Shown here piece by piece: positions 46,351 to 60,207 of a DNA stretch of 64,000 nucleotides (position 1 is the first letter of the stretch; each line of letters starts with the position of its first letter). The position numbers and the translations under genes were made by a program. Under the pieces are notes generated by a model, which saw only the letters and a program-made list of their open reading frames with translations, was not told the origin of the DNA and searched no databases. Source of the stretch: Basidiobolus meristosporus CBS 931.73 (lineage: Eukaryota; Fungi; Basidiobolomycota); assembly GCA_002104905.1 (NCBI GenBank), contig MCFE01000014.1:186001-250000 (forward strand), written 5' to 3'.

Positions 46351-49300
46351 TCAGGAAACCTTGAATGGGCCCAGCTCCCCGTTGGCAAGCTTGAAATCAT
46401 GATCGTAGCCCCTCAAGCGATGAAGCGGGTTGCTTTGTATGTTCGTACTCATGTTGCTACTCCAGTTGAAAGAGGATCCCTTTTCTGAAAAATCCACCGA
46501 GCGGGGAGGAGAGGAGACTCGAGAGGATCGAAGGCTTGGATCTTCGGATCCGAAGTAAGAATCTAGAACGGTGAGTGCCTTGCACTAAGTACTATCGAGT
46601 GCCTAATCAGCCAGCTTACCTCTGAAGTATCCATTCTCTCTGGTGTTGGGTGTGGCCCTCTGCTTCTCAGGGGTTGACCTCAGAAAGGTGAAGAAATCCG
46701 ACTGTTCTGGCGCAAACCTGGGACCAAGCAGCTCCAAACCAGGCGGTTGTGAATCTGGAAACCGATGAAGATTGCGGTCGAACATATCCAGATTTGTGCG
46801 TGACTGGGACTCGTTCCAGAACGACTGGCTGGGATTGCGGTGTAGGAAGTTTGAAGGGGAGCGTTCGTGATCTGTGTATGTAGAGAAGTTGGTATCTGTA
46901 AATGGAGGCCCATTTGTGGGCTTCCTTATTGGGTCGTCGTAGCCGGTGTTATAACCGGGAGGAGCCATAAACGGTGGCATGTTTCTACCAGGAAATCGTG
47001 CTGAGTGCCCCGTCGGGTTCAATGGGGCATATGGCAAGGGTTGTCGGTTGTTCTCGGTCTGATCACTTCGCCATTCTTTACTGCCCAAAGGCAGACCTAG
47101 TTTATCGCCTCTATGAGCTCGTTGTGAATTGTCTTGGTCTGAGTGTAAACCCAAGCCGCTGCTGGGCGAGTACAATCTCTGGTCGGGTGTACTCTTGAAT
47201 GGATCAAAGAGACTGCTTGTGTGTAGGCTGCGGACATTGGCAGCGGATGTGAATGGTTGGGCTGCGTCAACGTCGTCATCTTCATTTAGAGCAAATCCAA
47301 ATCTCGAGTACAATTTGGGTTTCGAGTTATTTACAGGTTGGGTGTTGTCCTGGCCGTCCTGCTTCTGAGATTGGGGTAGCCGTGAGGGTTGCTCCGAGCC
47401 ACTGTTGATGGCGGTATAATCCAGTCCAGGTCGATTCATGGGCGGATTCTGAATATGCATGTTTTGCACAGAGCTGAGTAACGATCTGGGCATTCCCTCG
47501 TCCGGTTGATCATCGAGACCGAAAGGATCAAAACCACCTTTGTAAACATTGGTAGGCAAGGGGGCAGGGTTGAATGAAAATGCGTCTAGCAAGCCTGGAG
47601 GTAGAGCTACGTTTGGTCGGGCTTGTTGCTGGTAAAAGGCAGATCGCTCTCTTTCGAGCTTTGCCATGACCTCCTGGTGTAGACGTTCTTCGTCAACCTT
47701 GTTCTGCTCAGTAGGCAGTGATGTATCGCGTTGTTGTGTCCCATTACCGGGATTAGGATCATTGCTACCAGCAGAAGAGTTAAAGATGTCCGGAGAGGTA
47801 TTTACTTTGCCACCAAGCTGTTCTCTCTCACAACTCTTCTCTTTACAACCATCCAGAGGAGCCAAAGTGGCCTTGTCAACAACAGCTGCCTCCAGAGTAC
47901 CGGAAGCACTTTGGGTCTCTTTCTCATCCCCAGAGTTCGTTCTGGACTTGGAGTCTGGCTTTTTGGAAAGTGAAATGATTTTGGCTTTGGGTCTTGTTGC
48001 GGCAGGTGGCGGGGGGAATTGATCTAAACTTAAGATCGGGGATTTCACGGTAGCGAGTTTAGACTTGTTGGAGGTGATCTTGGCCCAAGAAGCAGTTGCT
48101 GGAAGGGCTGATCCTGGAGCATAACACTAGGTCAGGGTAAAGAATTTGGTTCTGGTACTTATGAATATGTATATACCTTCTGAATCCCCATCACTCGACT
48201 TGCTATCGGACCTGTACACAGCTACCGGAGCCTCAGGTGTTTTAGGGGATGACTTCTCTGGTTCATTTGACGGTGACAGAGGTGTACTCTGGGTTCCCAG
48301 AATTTGTGGCTTTGGTGACGAGTGCTCCAGTTGTGCATGATGATCTTTGAGGTTGTGTTTCCTATGTAGAATGTGAGATTTAAATATAAATACGTATGGC
48401 AGCAGGAGCGATTTAGCTTTAGGCCAGATTCGATCCGCTCGATATACAAGTGTACCCACCCGCTGGCCAAGTCTTCTCTGGTAAATGTGTCGGCTTCTTC
48501 ACCTGGCTCGTGCAAGTACATACAATTTGGGTTCTGGCACGGCATGTTACGAAGGTAATAGGTACAGTACTTTGTGGTACCATAGGTTGCTCTGTCGAGA
48601 TATCAAGCTTAATACCAATCGAACATGGACCAAACAGGTTGGCAACGGTACCTGAGAATCCTTCCATCCGACATGCTGCCATCCACAGCCGCGATGGCTC
48701 GGGCCGCATCTTCTCTGCGGGCAAATGTAATGTAGACACCAACAGTAGGTGACTGTCCAGGATGGGTGCTAGTGGAATTTTGAGCATGGCGGCGATTTAT
48801 CACCACTTTGGTGATTTTTCCGTACTGACCAAAGTAATCAGAAGAGCGAAGCACCTAGCATCAACAGAATCAGAGGAGTTGGCACTTGGGCGGATTTTGG
48901 CTCGGCTTTACCTCTTCAGTCACCCTGGCGGTCAGGCCAATAACGTAGATGAGGTTCTTTTGTACAACTCTAACATTGGCCAAATGCTTTCGGCTCATGG
49001 ATTCAATTTCCTTCTTTTCACGCTCCTTGAACTTTCTCTCGGTTTTGATGCGAGTAAGTCTAAAGTCAAGTCAAGGTTAACCAAATAGCTCGCTATGGCC
49101 AAGGCTGTTTGAATGGACTTACTCTGCAGGAGTGATAGGAGTGAACTGGACATTGTCGTCTGAGTAGGCTCTGCGACAAGCTGGGCATTTGCCATTCAGC
49201 TCTTCTTTGATATGATGCCAGCAAAAACGGCAAATCTGCGGACAGAGAGGTACATAAATGAGTTTCAAAGAAAATAGGATGTATTGCCGTCGAAGTGCCT

Positions 49301-49396
49301 TACTTGATAACCACAAGGACATGGTTTGAAATTGCGTTCGGAGATGTCCAGCTCCTCCATACATAGAGGGCAGTCATAATCTTCTAGGTCGGACAT
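46351..49396 (-). CDS. NOT4: CCR4-NOT E3 ubiquitin ligase subunit Not4 (RING, RRM, CCCH); 3' end uncertain
   Basis: CPLCMEELDISERNFKPCPCGYQ.ICRFCWHHI..LNGKCPACRR; YFGQYGKI.KVVINRR..VYITF; GTTKYC..C.NPNCMYLHEPG; long low-complexity C-terminus. A further exon at about 46100-46270 is possible. Confidence 0.93.
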
Positions 49397-50625
49397 GCTT
49401 TTATCGATAAATGGACAGGAGCGAATGCCAAATCGTGTAGTCTTGTCAATAAGTAGCAGTTTTGAGTGGTCTCTACTGTGGGGAAGCACACGCTGGTTAG
49501 CAAACATGTAGCGGGGTTTCGAGGACCAAATCCCGAGCTGTGATTGTTTTCATCCGGGAAGTGGGAACGCTTACCGTACTAAAGGCACCGATGCTCTTTG
49601 GCAGAAACAATATACCACTTGTAGTGGTTGTATCAGTAAGGGAGAAAAAAAGATAATGGAAACTAATATATTTAGAGCTTAGAAGTGCTACCCAAAACCA
49701 GATCTAACTGAAAATAATTAGGGTATCATCTTACAACCCTAAGAATTCCATTTACCATGGAAATTGCCAGGGAATTCTTCTAGAAACTGGATAAAACCAC
49801 ACTTCCGACGATACGATGTCACCCATGGAAATCAGCGCAGGTACAATCCTTGATGGCACGAGTCAACGAGTCAGTTGGGGACATGCTGGATATACATGCA
49901 AGATGTCCCTCGTGGCATTAGTGCTCAATTGAACTGTCCACTTGCAAGCCAAGCTGTAACAAAATCCGGTGGCTGCTTTGGTGGTTGGAAGGCACTTTCG
50001 ATGTAGATCCTTGGCTCATGATTTTCTGATTGGCGGCATGGCAATCCATTTGGCAACGATCATGCTGCGCTTAATCAAAGTGGTTAAACAGTTCCTCAGG
50101 AACGGGTATTTTGTGATTGAACAAGAAATAGGCAGTTGCCATTCACCATAGGGCGCAGTAAATCCGGGGGCTGATCAAGAGAACTAGAACCATTGTTCCC
50201 ATGAAAAGATTGTTAACGCTTGGTAAATGCGTGCCAAGAAAACGATATTGCTGGCGTTTCATGGAAATGGATTAATGAATCGGGTAGTCGGGGCTCATAG
50301 CAGATTCACATTATACTCGTTTAACTAAATGCTGGCAGTAGTGCGTTCATGTTCTAAAAACTAATCAAAAATATATTTAACTGATATTGGTATTCTATTG
50401 CACAAAGATTATATCATTCTAGTTCAATAGAATCCAAGTAAATCAGGGCTTCATCAAGTAAAAATTTAGGCTGTTAATGAAGCTATGCAGTGCAACAATA
50501 GGACAAGTGAGAACTACAAAGAGAATGGTGAATCATTCGAAACAATATGATGGTCAAAAGGTTTGAGAAGGAAAGAGGAGTGAAGTAAGAGGATAGTGAA
50601 TAAAGCAGAAATCTTGCCGACGCTC

Positions 50626-51479
50626 TTACAAAATGATACAGTCTTTCTTGTCTTCTGGGGTAGGGTTGTTGGATTTCTCAACTTCAGCGATCATTAGGTC
50701 AAAAATACGGCCTATAGACAAAAGGTTTAGGACTATCTTCATAGAAGGTAATTACGCGAGCCCTTACCAATATTTTCGTTGTGTTTAGCAGAGGCTTCAG
50801 TCCCCTGGCAATTCCAAAGAGTGGCAAGCTCCTTTCCTTCGTCCGTTGATACTTGTCTAGTTGCATAGGATTAGGTCAATGTAAAGCGAGGACAAGATGC
50901 TCTTCGACTGTACCTTTGCATGTGCAAGTCACTCTTGTTTCCGACAACAACAATTGGAACCCATTCGGTGCCAGTGTAGTTAAGGATTTTGTCGCGAATA
51001 ATCTTGATCATCTCAAAGCTGGATCTGGAGGTGATAGAATACACCAGAATATATCCATGGATTCCAATGGCATGCTTAGAATTGAGGATGGAATACTCAT
51101 CCTTCAAGGCAATGTTGTCAACAGTAATTCTAGGGGGTCTCATTTACGATGTGACGTACTTGGCCAGCCGTGTCAATGACCTCAATGGTGAATTCCTGGC
51201 CGCGATATTTCAATACTTTACTGAAGGTGTTTTCGATAGTTGGGTAGTAGGAATCCACAAAATGGTTTTCAACGAACTGGATGGTCAACGAAGATTTGCC
51301 TATGCAGGGTCAGCCAGGTAGAAAACAAGGATATTTAGAATGACTTGCCCCGAAGAAGTAAATCGAGTACAGATTAGAAGTCAGCCCTATACCGGGATAT
51401 CGGGACTGGCTTATATTTCATTACCAACTGCCCGAAAGCCTAAGACTGCGATTCTCCTAACTTTGGAAGGACTACTCAT
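50626..51479 (-). CDS. RHEB: Rheb small GTPase, multi-exon
   Basis: IAVLGFRAVGKSSL (Rheb-specific Arg in the G1 loop), YYPTIENTF, DTAGQDEYS, NKSDL, SAK and C-terminal CAAX CIIL. Confidence 0.96.
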
Positions 51480-52689
51480 TGTGATGATAAAGAGAAGGAG
51501 GTAACCGTTCAACCTGTGAGGCTATTCATACGATTTCTTCAGCATCGGCGTTCAATCACATGACCCAGGATCAAAAAACCAATTCTAACATAATTAATTT
51601 AACAGTCGACGAAGATGTCACTATGATATCAGATATGCTGACCATATGCTGTTTGTAAATCCCAAAGAAAACGATATACATTAATGCAGGCCTGATGCTG
51701 TTGCGTGTTCGCCCAATGGCTGGAACTCGGAAAATTCATGTAGCAAGAGCTTATGTCGCCTGGAGGGATAGTCAAGGAATTAGAGCGTATCAGATTTGAT
51801 GATCTAGTTGGATCCATGATAGGGACTTCTGGATCACTTCGTGTGGAAACCATCCTCTACAGGATGCTGCCAAGTGTAGAGGTTCATGATGATAACCTGT
51901 GTGAGGTTAGTGACCAGCGTGCGTGACAGCGGTTCAGCCACCTCATGTAATGCTCGAGTAGTAATCCGGAAGCGGGCAGAGTCCTAAATTACTTGATGTA
52001 TGTGCTAATGTTGTATAAAGTACAGTAACGTAGTCCAATGCCTTCCCAAGCTCCCATCCACCGGAATGATGGAGGCCGTAGGAAATAGGAGCCTACGCAT
52101 TCATCCGATGTAAGGATCAACTTCGCAAGGGGTAAGGCCAGATTCTCGTCCGCTTTCCAAGGTAGGCTAGATGCTAGGGAACATTTGACTCTGCCTTCGA
52201 ACACTCGCATGCATTGCCGATGCGCTGAGAACGATTTAGCCACGGATGTAATCTATATATGGGGTGCTTTTCAAAGCAATTGGCTGGTATTCGACGCAAG
52301 CACATATAGATCCCAATACTCACCATTGATGTTTAAAGATAGCTCCAGCAAGCAGGGGCTGTCGTGAGGATCTCTTCTTCTCCTCCCAATCGATATGTAG
52401 CGATCGAATGGGCAATACATGCTCTACACTCTTCTCACACTGAATCTACTAAATCTCCCTTTTTGACATGCGATTCCATCAATCTGGCATGACTGGAATC
52501 TATTCCTGACCCACTGGTGGGGATTATAAAGATCGGCCTAATCCCGAACATGGCTTGGCACAAAACGACTCGCACTTACACTGTATTTTTTATGGGACTA
52601 GGGTGATCCTCTAGCCTTCCTACCAAGCCCCCTCTTCTTTTCTGTAAATCCCCAGCCAAACTTGAGCACTGGAAACACTGACCCTTAGC

Positions 52690-53743
52690 ATGATACATTA
52701 TTCCACCCTCATTTTCCAACTCTTCGTCCTCTTGTACGCCCAGATCATATTGCATGTCCGTGGGATACCAATCGAGGATGCTCTAATGAACAATCCTCAA
52801 TTGAGTAGCATTATAGGCGGCGTTTCCGCGTCTCCAAATGAGTTTCCATCCATGGCGTTGATCTTAATGAATGGTCAGACCCGGTGCGGCTCTGCAATCA
52901 TAGTCGACAGATGGTTGGTAACAACTGCTCATTGTTTTTTTCAGACAACGCAACACCCAAGTAGAGGGCGTCGTGTTTCATTCAGCAAAGTGCCCTCCGA
53001 CCACTTCTCGGTGCTAGTTGGAAGCGTGGAAAATACCAAGAAGCAGCCTCTAGGTATTCAGCGTTACATCATTCATCCCGATTTTGATATGGCCTCGTCC
53101 AAGGTTGGTGCGCCACCTTTATGTGTCACTAATACACCTGCTTATGTGTGATTCGGTATTCAATCTTTAGAATGACATCGCTCTGGTGGAGTTGAAGGTG
53201 GCGCTCAGGTTCGACGAATCCATTCAGCCCGCTACCATGGCCACAGAGCTTCCTGCGGGCGATAAGAATATTACCACCATAGGTTTTGGCCAGACGGAGA
53301 GCCATCGCCAATCTTCGGTGTTGCTCAAAGCAGATTTGCCCTTGGCCACCAAAGAGTTTTGTGGAGCAGCCATCTCCGATTTTGATACCACTCGATTTTG
53401 TACTAGACCAACCCCAGGAGTTGCACCTTGTTTTGGGGACTCTGGAAGCCCGAGCTTCGTCAAACTTGGCAACAACGACTGGCGACTTCTCGGATTGACC
53501 AGCTTCGGAATCAACATTGCTGATCCATTTTCAAACAAATGCGCAGTGACAGGCGAGGTGACTTATTATGTTAATCTCCTGGAGTACCCTTCCTTTATCA
53601 AGACCCACGTAACGGAAAGCACGCCTGCGGAGATTCCTAATGCTGGCAACCAAGTTGCCGAATCGAAGGCCGCCCATGGCACACGGAGTTACGCTATGGC
53701 AATTGCACTTCTGTGCTATTATCAATTGAATAAATTTTTCTGA
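52690..53743 (+). CDS. Secreted chymotrypsin/trypsin-fold (S1) serine protease, 2 exons (intron 53104-53170)
   Basis: Signal peptide; activation site IIGG; catalytic TTAHC, NDIAL and CFGDSGSP; hydrophobic C-terminal tail. Confidence 0.93.
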
Positions 53744-54252
53744 CGTTGCCAAGATGGAACACTTGCCAAAATTAATGCTCCTTCGGATTTTTTGAAATTA
53801 CCAAAAGCATTCAACCCATGACAAGTCAGCTGTCAGGTGTCCAGGCCTTGGAGCCATTTTAGTCAATTAATGTAGCACGATAGTCAACCCAAAATGGGCT
53901 TACAGTACGTTGTAGCCATATAGAGATTAGAAAGAGTAGGCTGTGTAATGAATTATGACCGTCCCTGACAATGGGTGATTGATTGGTACGATCGTCACAG
54001 GCATCCTTTTGCGTCTCAGATTTGCTGGTATTTCATCAGCAGACTGAGTAAGCTCTACCCATCCCCCACCGTAGCTGTAAAACACTGAAATCCTTGGAAA
54101 TAAGTAGCCAGCCTTCATATATATTTTATTTACTTTCACCCATCTTGCATCCAGGTTTGTGTACCTTCCTTTGCTGCGCAATCCCTGTGAGAGTTTGCTG
54201 ATTTTCGAAAGCTTTACAACAGGCACCGGATTGAATAGACATCTAACAAGAA

Positions 54253-55117
54253 ATGAGTAAAATAGTGATTGCCTTTGATAACACAAAATACTCCCGGTAA
54301 GCCCACCCATCATCTTTCCATCTTCAGTGTTTCCATGTATTTATCCCATCGAAATAGGAACGCCTTGTCATGGGCTATAGAAAACGCTTACCATCCTGGG
54401 GATAAGGTTGTCTTGCTCACAGTTGGAGTACTTTCCTGCAAATTTGGGGATCTGATTTCCAACACCTTCGAAGATGCACAATACCAAAGTAATCTTGCGT
54501 CTGATAATGCCGCGATTGCCTGTTGTTGCCCCTCTCTTATTGAAAACCTTTCCTTCGTTTCTAGATTCTTGGGTGAACCAAGAACGACAAAAAAACGCCG
54601 AAGCCGAAGCGAAAAAGGAAGCCGAGAAGATACTGGAGGAAGGTCTTGAGTGGCTCAACCAGCATATGCAGAAAAGAGACATGAAGGTCGTACTATACAA
54701 TTTAATTCGACCCATTTCATGGAAGATACTTACTGGTTACGTTCTGACTGATATAGATCAACTGTGACACTGTAGCGTTGACGGGCATCGACCCTCGTAC
54801 TCGTATTGTTGATTACGTGTCTTCCCAGGATGTTTACATGCTTGTACTAGGCGATCGCGGACTGAACGCCATGCAAAGGTCAGTGAATCTTTTGTCTACA
54901 AAGAGGCCGAGGGTAAGCTTACCATTCTGCCCCAAGTCAAATTCTAGGTAGCGTGAGCAAACATTGTATACACAGCGCGCCCTGTCCAGGTAGGCATTTA
55001 ACACCCCAGTGACAGTCACCACCACCAGTTGATTTATCCGCTCTTTCAGTGCTTACAGTGAAATACCACGAATCAGACGAGCAGCTTCAAACCACTACTC
55101 CACCACAGTCGAACTGA
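54253..55117 (+). CDS. Universal stress protein (USP domain), about 6 exons
   Basis: MSKIVIAFDNTKYSRNALSWAI. Spliced LVLGDRGLNAMQSQILGSVS matches the USP G-2x-G-9x-GS motif; HSAPCPVLTVK. Confidence 0.88.
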
Positions 55118-55604
55118 CATCACAGTCAACATCAAGCCAAATTGCATGAGAATACCTCTAAGAATTGTAACAATAAAGCACAATAACCTATCGAGTTAGC
55201 CATGATAACGTAACGAGATGGCTCTCAGCTGCCCAGAAATGGGATTTCATTTGAATGTTTCCGTGAACAATGTGTGGCTTGTTAAATATGCTAAATCAGG
55301 AATTGGTGTCATGGCAAGTCCAGAATCTACTAAGTTGTATCAATAAGTACAGAAGAACGGGAACTGCGCAGTGCTTTACAAACAGAGCGTAGAGGGAAAT
55401 ACGGCGGATTTAACTCGATAATTAATTACCAATAAATCACGAGGGTGCATGGACAACGAAGTGAATGGAACTAGCTAAATTCTCATTTTCTATGACGAGA
55501 TTAAAGATGTAGTAAAGAAATATGGGAAGAATGAGAAGCAATTATATACAGCCAACAGCTTTTCAACCGTCAGCAATCGAGCTCTGAGACGAAAATCCAT
55601 ATAC

Positions 55605-57930
55605 TTAGACTTTAGCGGCGTCTGGAGTTGGAGGTGAAATCTTTGGAATCTATAAGACCATATGGTAGCGAATTTAGTAACAATCTATCAGCTTGCAAAT
55701 CCCTAATACACGTACAAGCATAACTTCTGTGGGCAAGTCGCTCGTGTCAACGTTCTCCTCCAAAATCAACCTAGGCCGTGACTTCGCAAAAAGTAGGGCC
55801 AGTTCTCTTGTGGACCGAACCAGTACTTGTAGCCCAGAAGTAACGGATTTGTTTAAATGAAGCTCGCTTAACGAAGCTCTAGCAATGGTGGCCATCGTAA
55901 TAATAGCCTAACATACACCGGTTGAGACGTTTGCCAAATGAAAGCCGGAAACAACCCTATACAAACCTTCACGAAATTGTCGATGTCTTCTAGAAAACGG
56001 CGGTTGAACAAGGAATCTTCGTTGCTGGTGTTCTTGATGTTTAGAGAACGGTTGAGCGCCTTTGTTGCACTTTCAGCAGCTTGGAGATGAGACAGCAATT
56101 CTTCTATCTTGAAAGAAAAACTATCTTTTTGTCGACTGGATTTATCGGTTTCGTCATCTCCAAGATTCAGTCGTTCGAGAGACTCAGTTAACAACAGCAT
56201 CACTCTTGTAGCAGCGGCAGTGGTGTTTTCAGCTAATGTGTATAGCTCCGGATTAACTTCAATATCGCGTAGGTCAGCACCGCTCTGCTTCAGTTTAGAG
56301 AGTCTGTTTCGCTCTACAGGCAACGACGGCGTTAATAGCTCATTGTTAAACTGGTTTAGAGTTTCGTATGCGTTTTTTATTTCGACAGTTCCCGTGTGTA
56401 TCACCACTAACAGATTCTTCGTGATTCGTATGTCACTATTCCGCGTGAGTGGTTTGATGTTGAGGTAGACCGCACGAATCAACTTTTGGAAAGAGCCGAT
56501 GTTTTTTAGACATGCCTGGACCAAATCATGATGGAAGCCGGAAAAGTCTTGAGGTTGCAATTGGTGAAGTCCTCGTTCAAACTTCTCTAAGATCTGGACA
56601 TACAATGTCATCCCGTTTGAAATATCCGATAGCAGGCCCGAAAAGATGGCAGTGGTGTGAATGTCCAGTGTGAGTGCTAACGGTTGCTGTACGCCACAGT
56701 AAACCTGGATCATTGTAAACAAAATGCTGCGATGCATAGATAGCCATTTCCCGTTAACACTCGAAACGTTTTTAGGGATCGGGCTTGCGTGCAGAAAGTA
56801 AGTGTCCCAGTTCCAGTTTCCATCACCTGAAGCCTGCGTATCTATTGAACTGATCGAATCCAACGAAATCCCTCGGGAGTGTCGAGATAGCGATATACTA
56901 GGTACGCTGCCGTTGTTGTCGGAATATTCGCTAATGATGCCCCTGGGCATTGAATATGATCTTCCGAACTGTTGTCTTCGATCAGAGCTTCGCTTTTCCA
57001 TAAGTATCTTGAGTTCTGCGAGGTTTTCTTGCGTGACTGACAACTTATCCGAGCGCATGTATGAGCTTAGCGACTCTGTAGAAGGCATTCGTCTTGTTCT
57101 CAGGTCGTATTGATCACGAGCGTAATGCTCCATTAAAGAACCATCGTCGGTGCTGTTTTCCTCTACCACCTCCTCCACATAATCTGGCGTGTCTATTGTT
57201 ATACTTTGTTAGCCTTGGAATGAAATACGAGGCCTAATTTGCGCCAACCTGAGTGTTCTCGCAAGTACTCCTTTAGGTTCTCTAGCCATTCTCCACTATT
57301 ATGGTTGGATTGGGTTATATGCCGAGGTGGGAACGTGATAGGATTGTGTTCTATTTTGAGTACTTGTAGGTCTTCCATACGTCCAATACAGAAAGGAAGC
57401 TCTTTAATACGATTACGTGCTATACTTAAAACCTAAAATATCGTCAATCAGTCAAAGCAAAGTGTCCCCTAGAGCGGAGAGATCTTGTACCTTTAGGGTT
57501 TTTATTTTTCCGAGCTCGTTAGGCAATATTCGGATTTTGTTCTTGCTCAGATCCAGAATTTCGAGGCGTGGAAGTTCACATAACTAAAAACCATCAGCAA
57601 GGAAATGGAAACGAAACGGAAAACAAGCAGAAAACTCACCACTAGAGGGAATTCCTTAAAGAGATTGGCTCGAAGATTTATATAACGTAGGTTTTGTAAT
57701 TTCGCGATTTCTAGCGGTAAGGAATTTAAAAAATTCTGGCCCAACCCCAGTCTGGACGTAACGTTAATCGAAGCATCTTGACATGTCACCCTAAATGAAA
57801 CATCCTACCTTTCTAAACTATCACGGAGAGTCTCGATTTGAGGGGGGATTTCGCTGATGTTTTTTTGCCCAAGGTTAAGGGTTTTGGAGCCCTTTTCTTG
57901 CTCAATGAGCTTCGTTAAATTTCCACCCAT
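55605..57930 (-). CDS. SOG2: RAM-pathway protein Sog2 (N-terminal leucine-rich repeats plus SOG2 domain), multi-exon
   Basis: LRR exons (LNLGQKNISEIP, LGLGQNFLNSLPLEIAKLQNLRYINLRANLFKEFP) and C-terminal NSDIRITKNLLVVIHTGTVEIKNAY, which resembles the Sog2 domain. Confidence 0.8.
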
Positions 57931-59024
57931 GGCTTAGTGATCTAACCTGGCACGTAGAAAAAGACGTGTAAATGTACAAAGCGCACGCAAGTAGGATTGC
58001 CTGAAGGCCGTCTACTGACCTGTCGAAAAGCAAGGAGAATCGCCAAATTTTCTTCCTGCTTCAAACACAAACCCTGAACCCGACAGGAAACTGGTACTCT
58101 AATTTGGAAGGTTCCTAGCTGTTAACAAACAGATTGGTGTATTATTTCATAAATGCCTGGGTTTGCTAGGAAAGGGTATGTGAAATTTAATTTAATTTGC
58201 GGATTCCCATGCTCAAGATCACTTATGTCGTCCATTTCCAGTAATTTCATATTACATGCTAGCTAATAAGATCTCAATCCCCATCATTCCAGGATCGATC
58301 AGATCCAATGGTTTAGGAGCAAATGTTGACGTGAGGCCACGAATGCATAAGCCTGGAGTGTAACAAATATACTATCTGGATGTATGCATCAATACACTTC
58401 AACTCCAGGTGTTCAGTGGCTTTGTGTCAGTTGGATGGAGTCAGGTATGTGTCCCAACAGCGAAGTAGTACCGAGTGTGGATCACTCAACGCTTCTGCCT
58501 TATTTATTTAACTCACCAGTGCGCAGAGATGACTCAGTGGTGGCTTTCAGTTGCCCAGCATATCGTTAAGATATGTATGATGAAAGGGGCTGCCAATTGA
58601 TGAGATGCTGGGGATGGGGATGGGGATGGGCATGACCAGTTGCTGCCCATCGCTGCAAAATCCTGGGCATTCCTGGCCTCCGAAGGAGCTGAGACCTTGG
58701 GATCAGAGAGGTGAGATTGGCTATATACATACAAATGCCAACGTCATTCGTTGACTCTCGGTCAAGTGATTGAGGTTGATTTACTTGTCAAGATAGTGTG
58801 ATGACACAGCCCATCATCATTTATATCTGCAAGCGATGCGTACACGAGGCCATGACTCGACAATAAGCCAGTGCGTCTCTCTTGTTCAAAGTTTCATGAC
58901 TGTCTATTTCATTTGCATACCCTTCCTTTCACATCGCTTTGATTGAAATCACATCTTCACCTCGAAACTATAAAAATTCCTTCCTACTGAATAAAGGCAT
59001 CTTTCGGCCCATATCTTCCACATA

Positions 59025-60207
59025 ATGTCCACCCACTTTCACCCGTTTGGCGAGCCAGATGCTCCGAGTAAGCATCCATCCAGGAGCGCCACACAAGGCC
59101 ACACATCCAGGGCTAGCGAGACATCCAATACAGATATCGATCTAGAGAAAGACATTGGCGCATATTCCATGAAAGGGCACGCCGAGAGCTTCTCAGCTTC
59201 AACGCACAGCTGGCCCATATTCTTCGCCATCCTGCCGCCCATCGTATCAGTGTTTCACGGAGATGCCAGGGCGTGGAGTGACCTGATGCTACTTGCTCTG
59301 GTGGGATTCTACCTTTTCCTGGTGATCAAAGGTTTGTTCTGCAGCCCACAGGAAGCAACCCGGTTCTAACAGATCATCGTTTCTAGTCCCATGGGAGCTT
59401 TACTTCGCCGCACGCAAGCGTAGGATCAGCCACAACGAACAGGTTGGTCAGCCCGGTAATGCTTCACAAGAGGCGCTGCGTTCAGTGGCAATCCGGAAAC
59501 TACGGCGACAGGAGAATCTTTCGCTGCTATTGGTTCTGATCTCACCAGGGCTTGGGGGCTACCTGTTACAAGTCACTCGGCAATTTCTCTCTGATTACGA
59601 CAAATACTTCTCGCATCTCAATATCATGATCTTCATCTTCGCAGCTGGAATCAAACCCGTCTCCCACGTGATTGGGCTTGCTAATGATCGTGCGTTGCGA
59701 TTACATGAGGAGATCCATTACCCGAACTGTGAAATGGAGATTTTACGCAATCGTACAGTGCATCTTGAGAACGAGCTTCACCAGCTACGCGCAGCCATGG
59801 TCACAAAGTCAGAAGTCATCGAGCTGAAGCAAGGCATGCAACCTGCTCTGCTAGAACTCACACAATGGTTTCAAAAATTTGAGTTGCGTGAACAAATATT
59901 AAAGAAACGCCAGGAAACAAAGCTTAACGAACTTGAAGTTCGATTGGATAAGATTGAGCTACGTGCAAGAAAAGCCAGTGAGACGAATCATGCGGAACGC
60001 AGGAGTGCCCTGGCTCGGGTAGCGGCCATTATATCAAGAATTATGTGGCTACCGTTCAACGTATTCCTCTTTTTCCTGCGCTCCTTCTATTTAATACCCT
60101 ACCGGTTAATCCAACATTCCCGGAATCTACCCTTGGAGACAGGATCGGTGGAAAGGCGTAAGGTTAATATCATCAGCCCTTTTTCAAGTGAAGCGTACGA
60201 GTATTAA
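59025..60207 (+). CDS. Conserved fungal uncharacterised multi-pass membrane protein with coiled coil, 2 exons
   Basis: HSWPIFFAILPP..WSDLMLLALV..IK|VPWELYFAAR; LLVLISPGLGGYLL..NIMIFIFAAGIKP..H; heptad-like coiled coil; intron at about 59331-59385. Confidence 0.8.
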
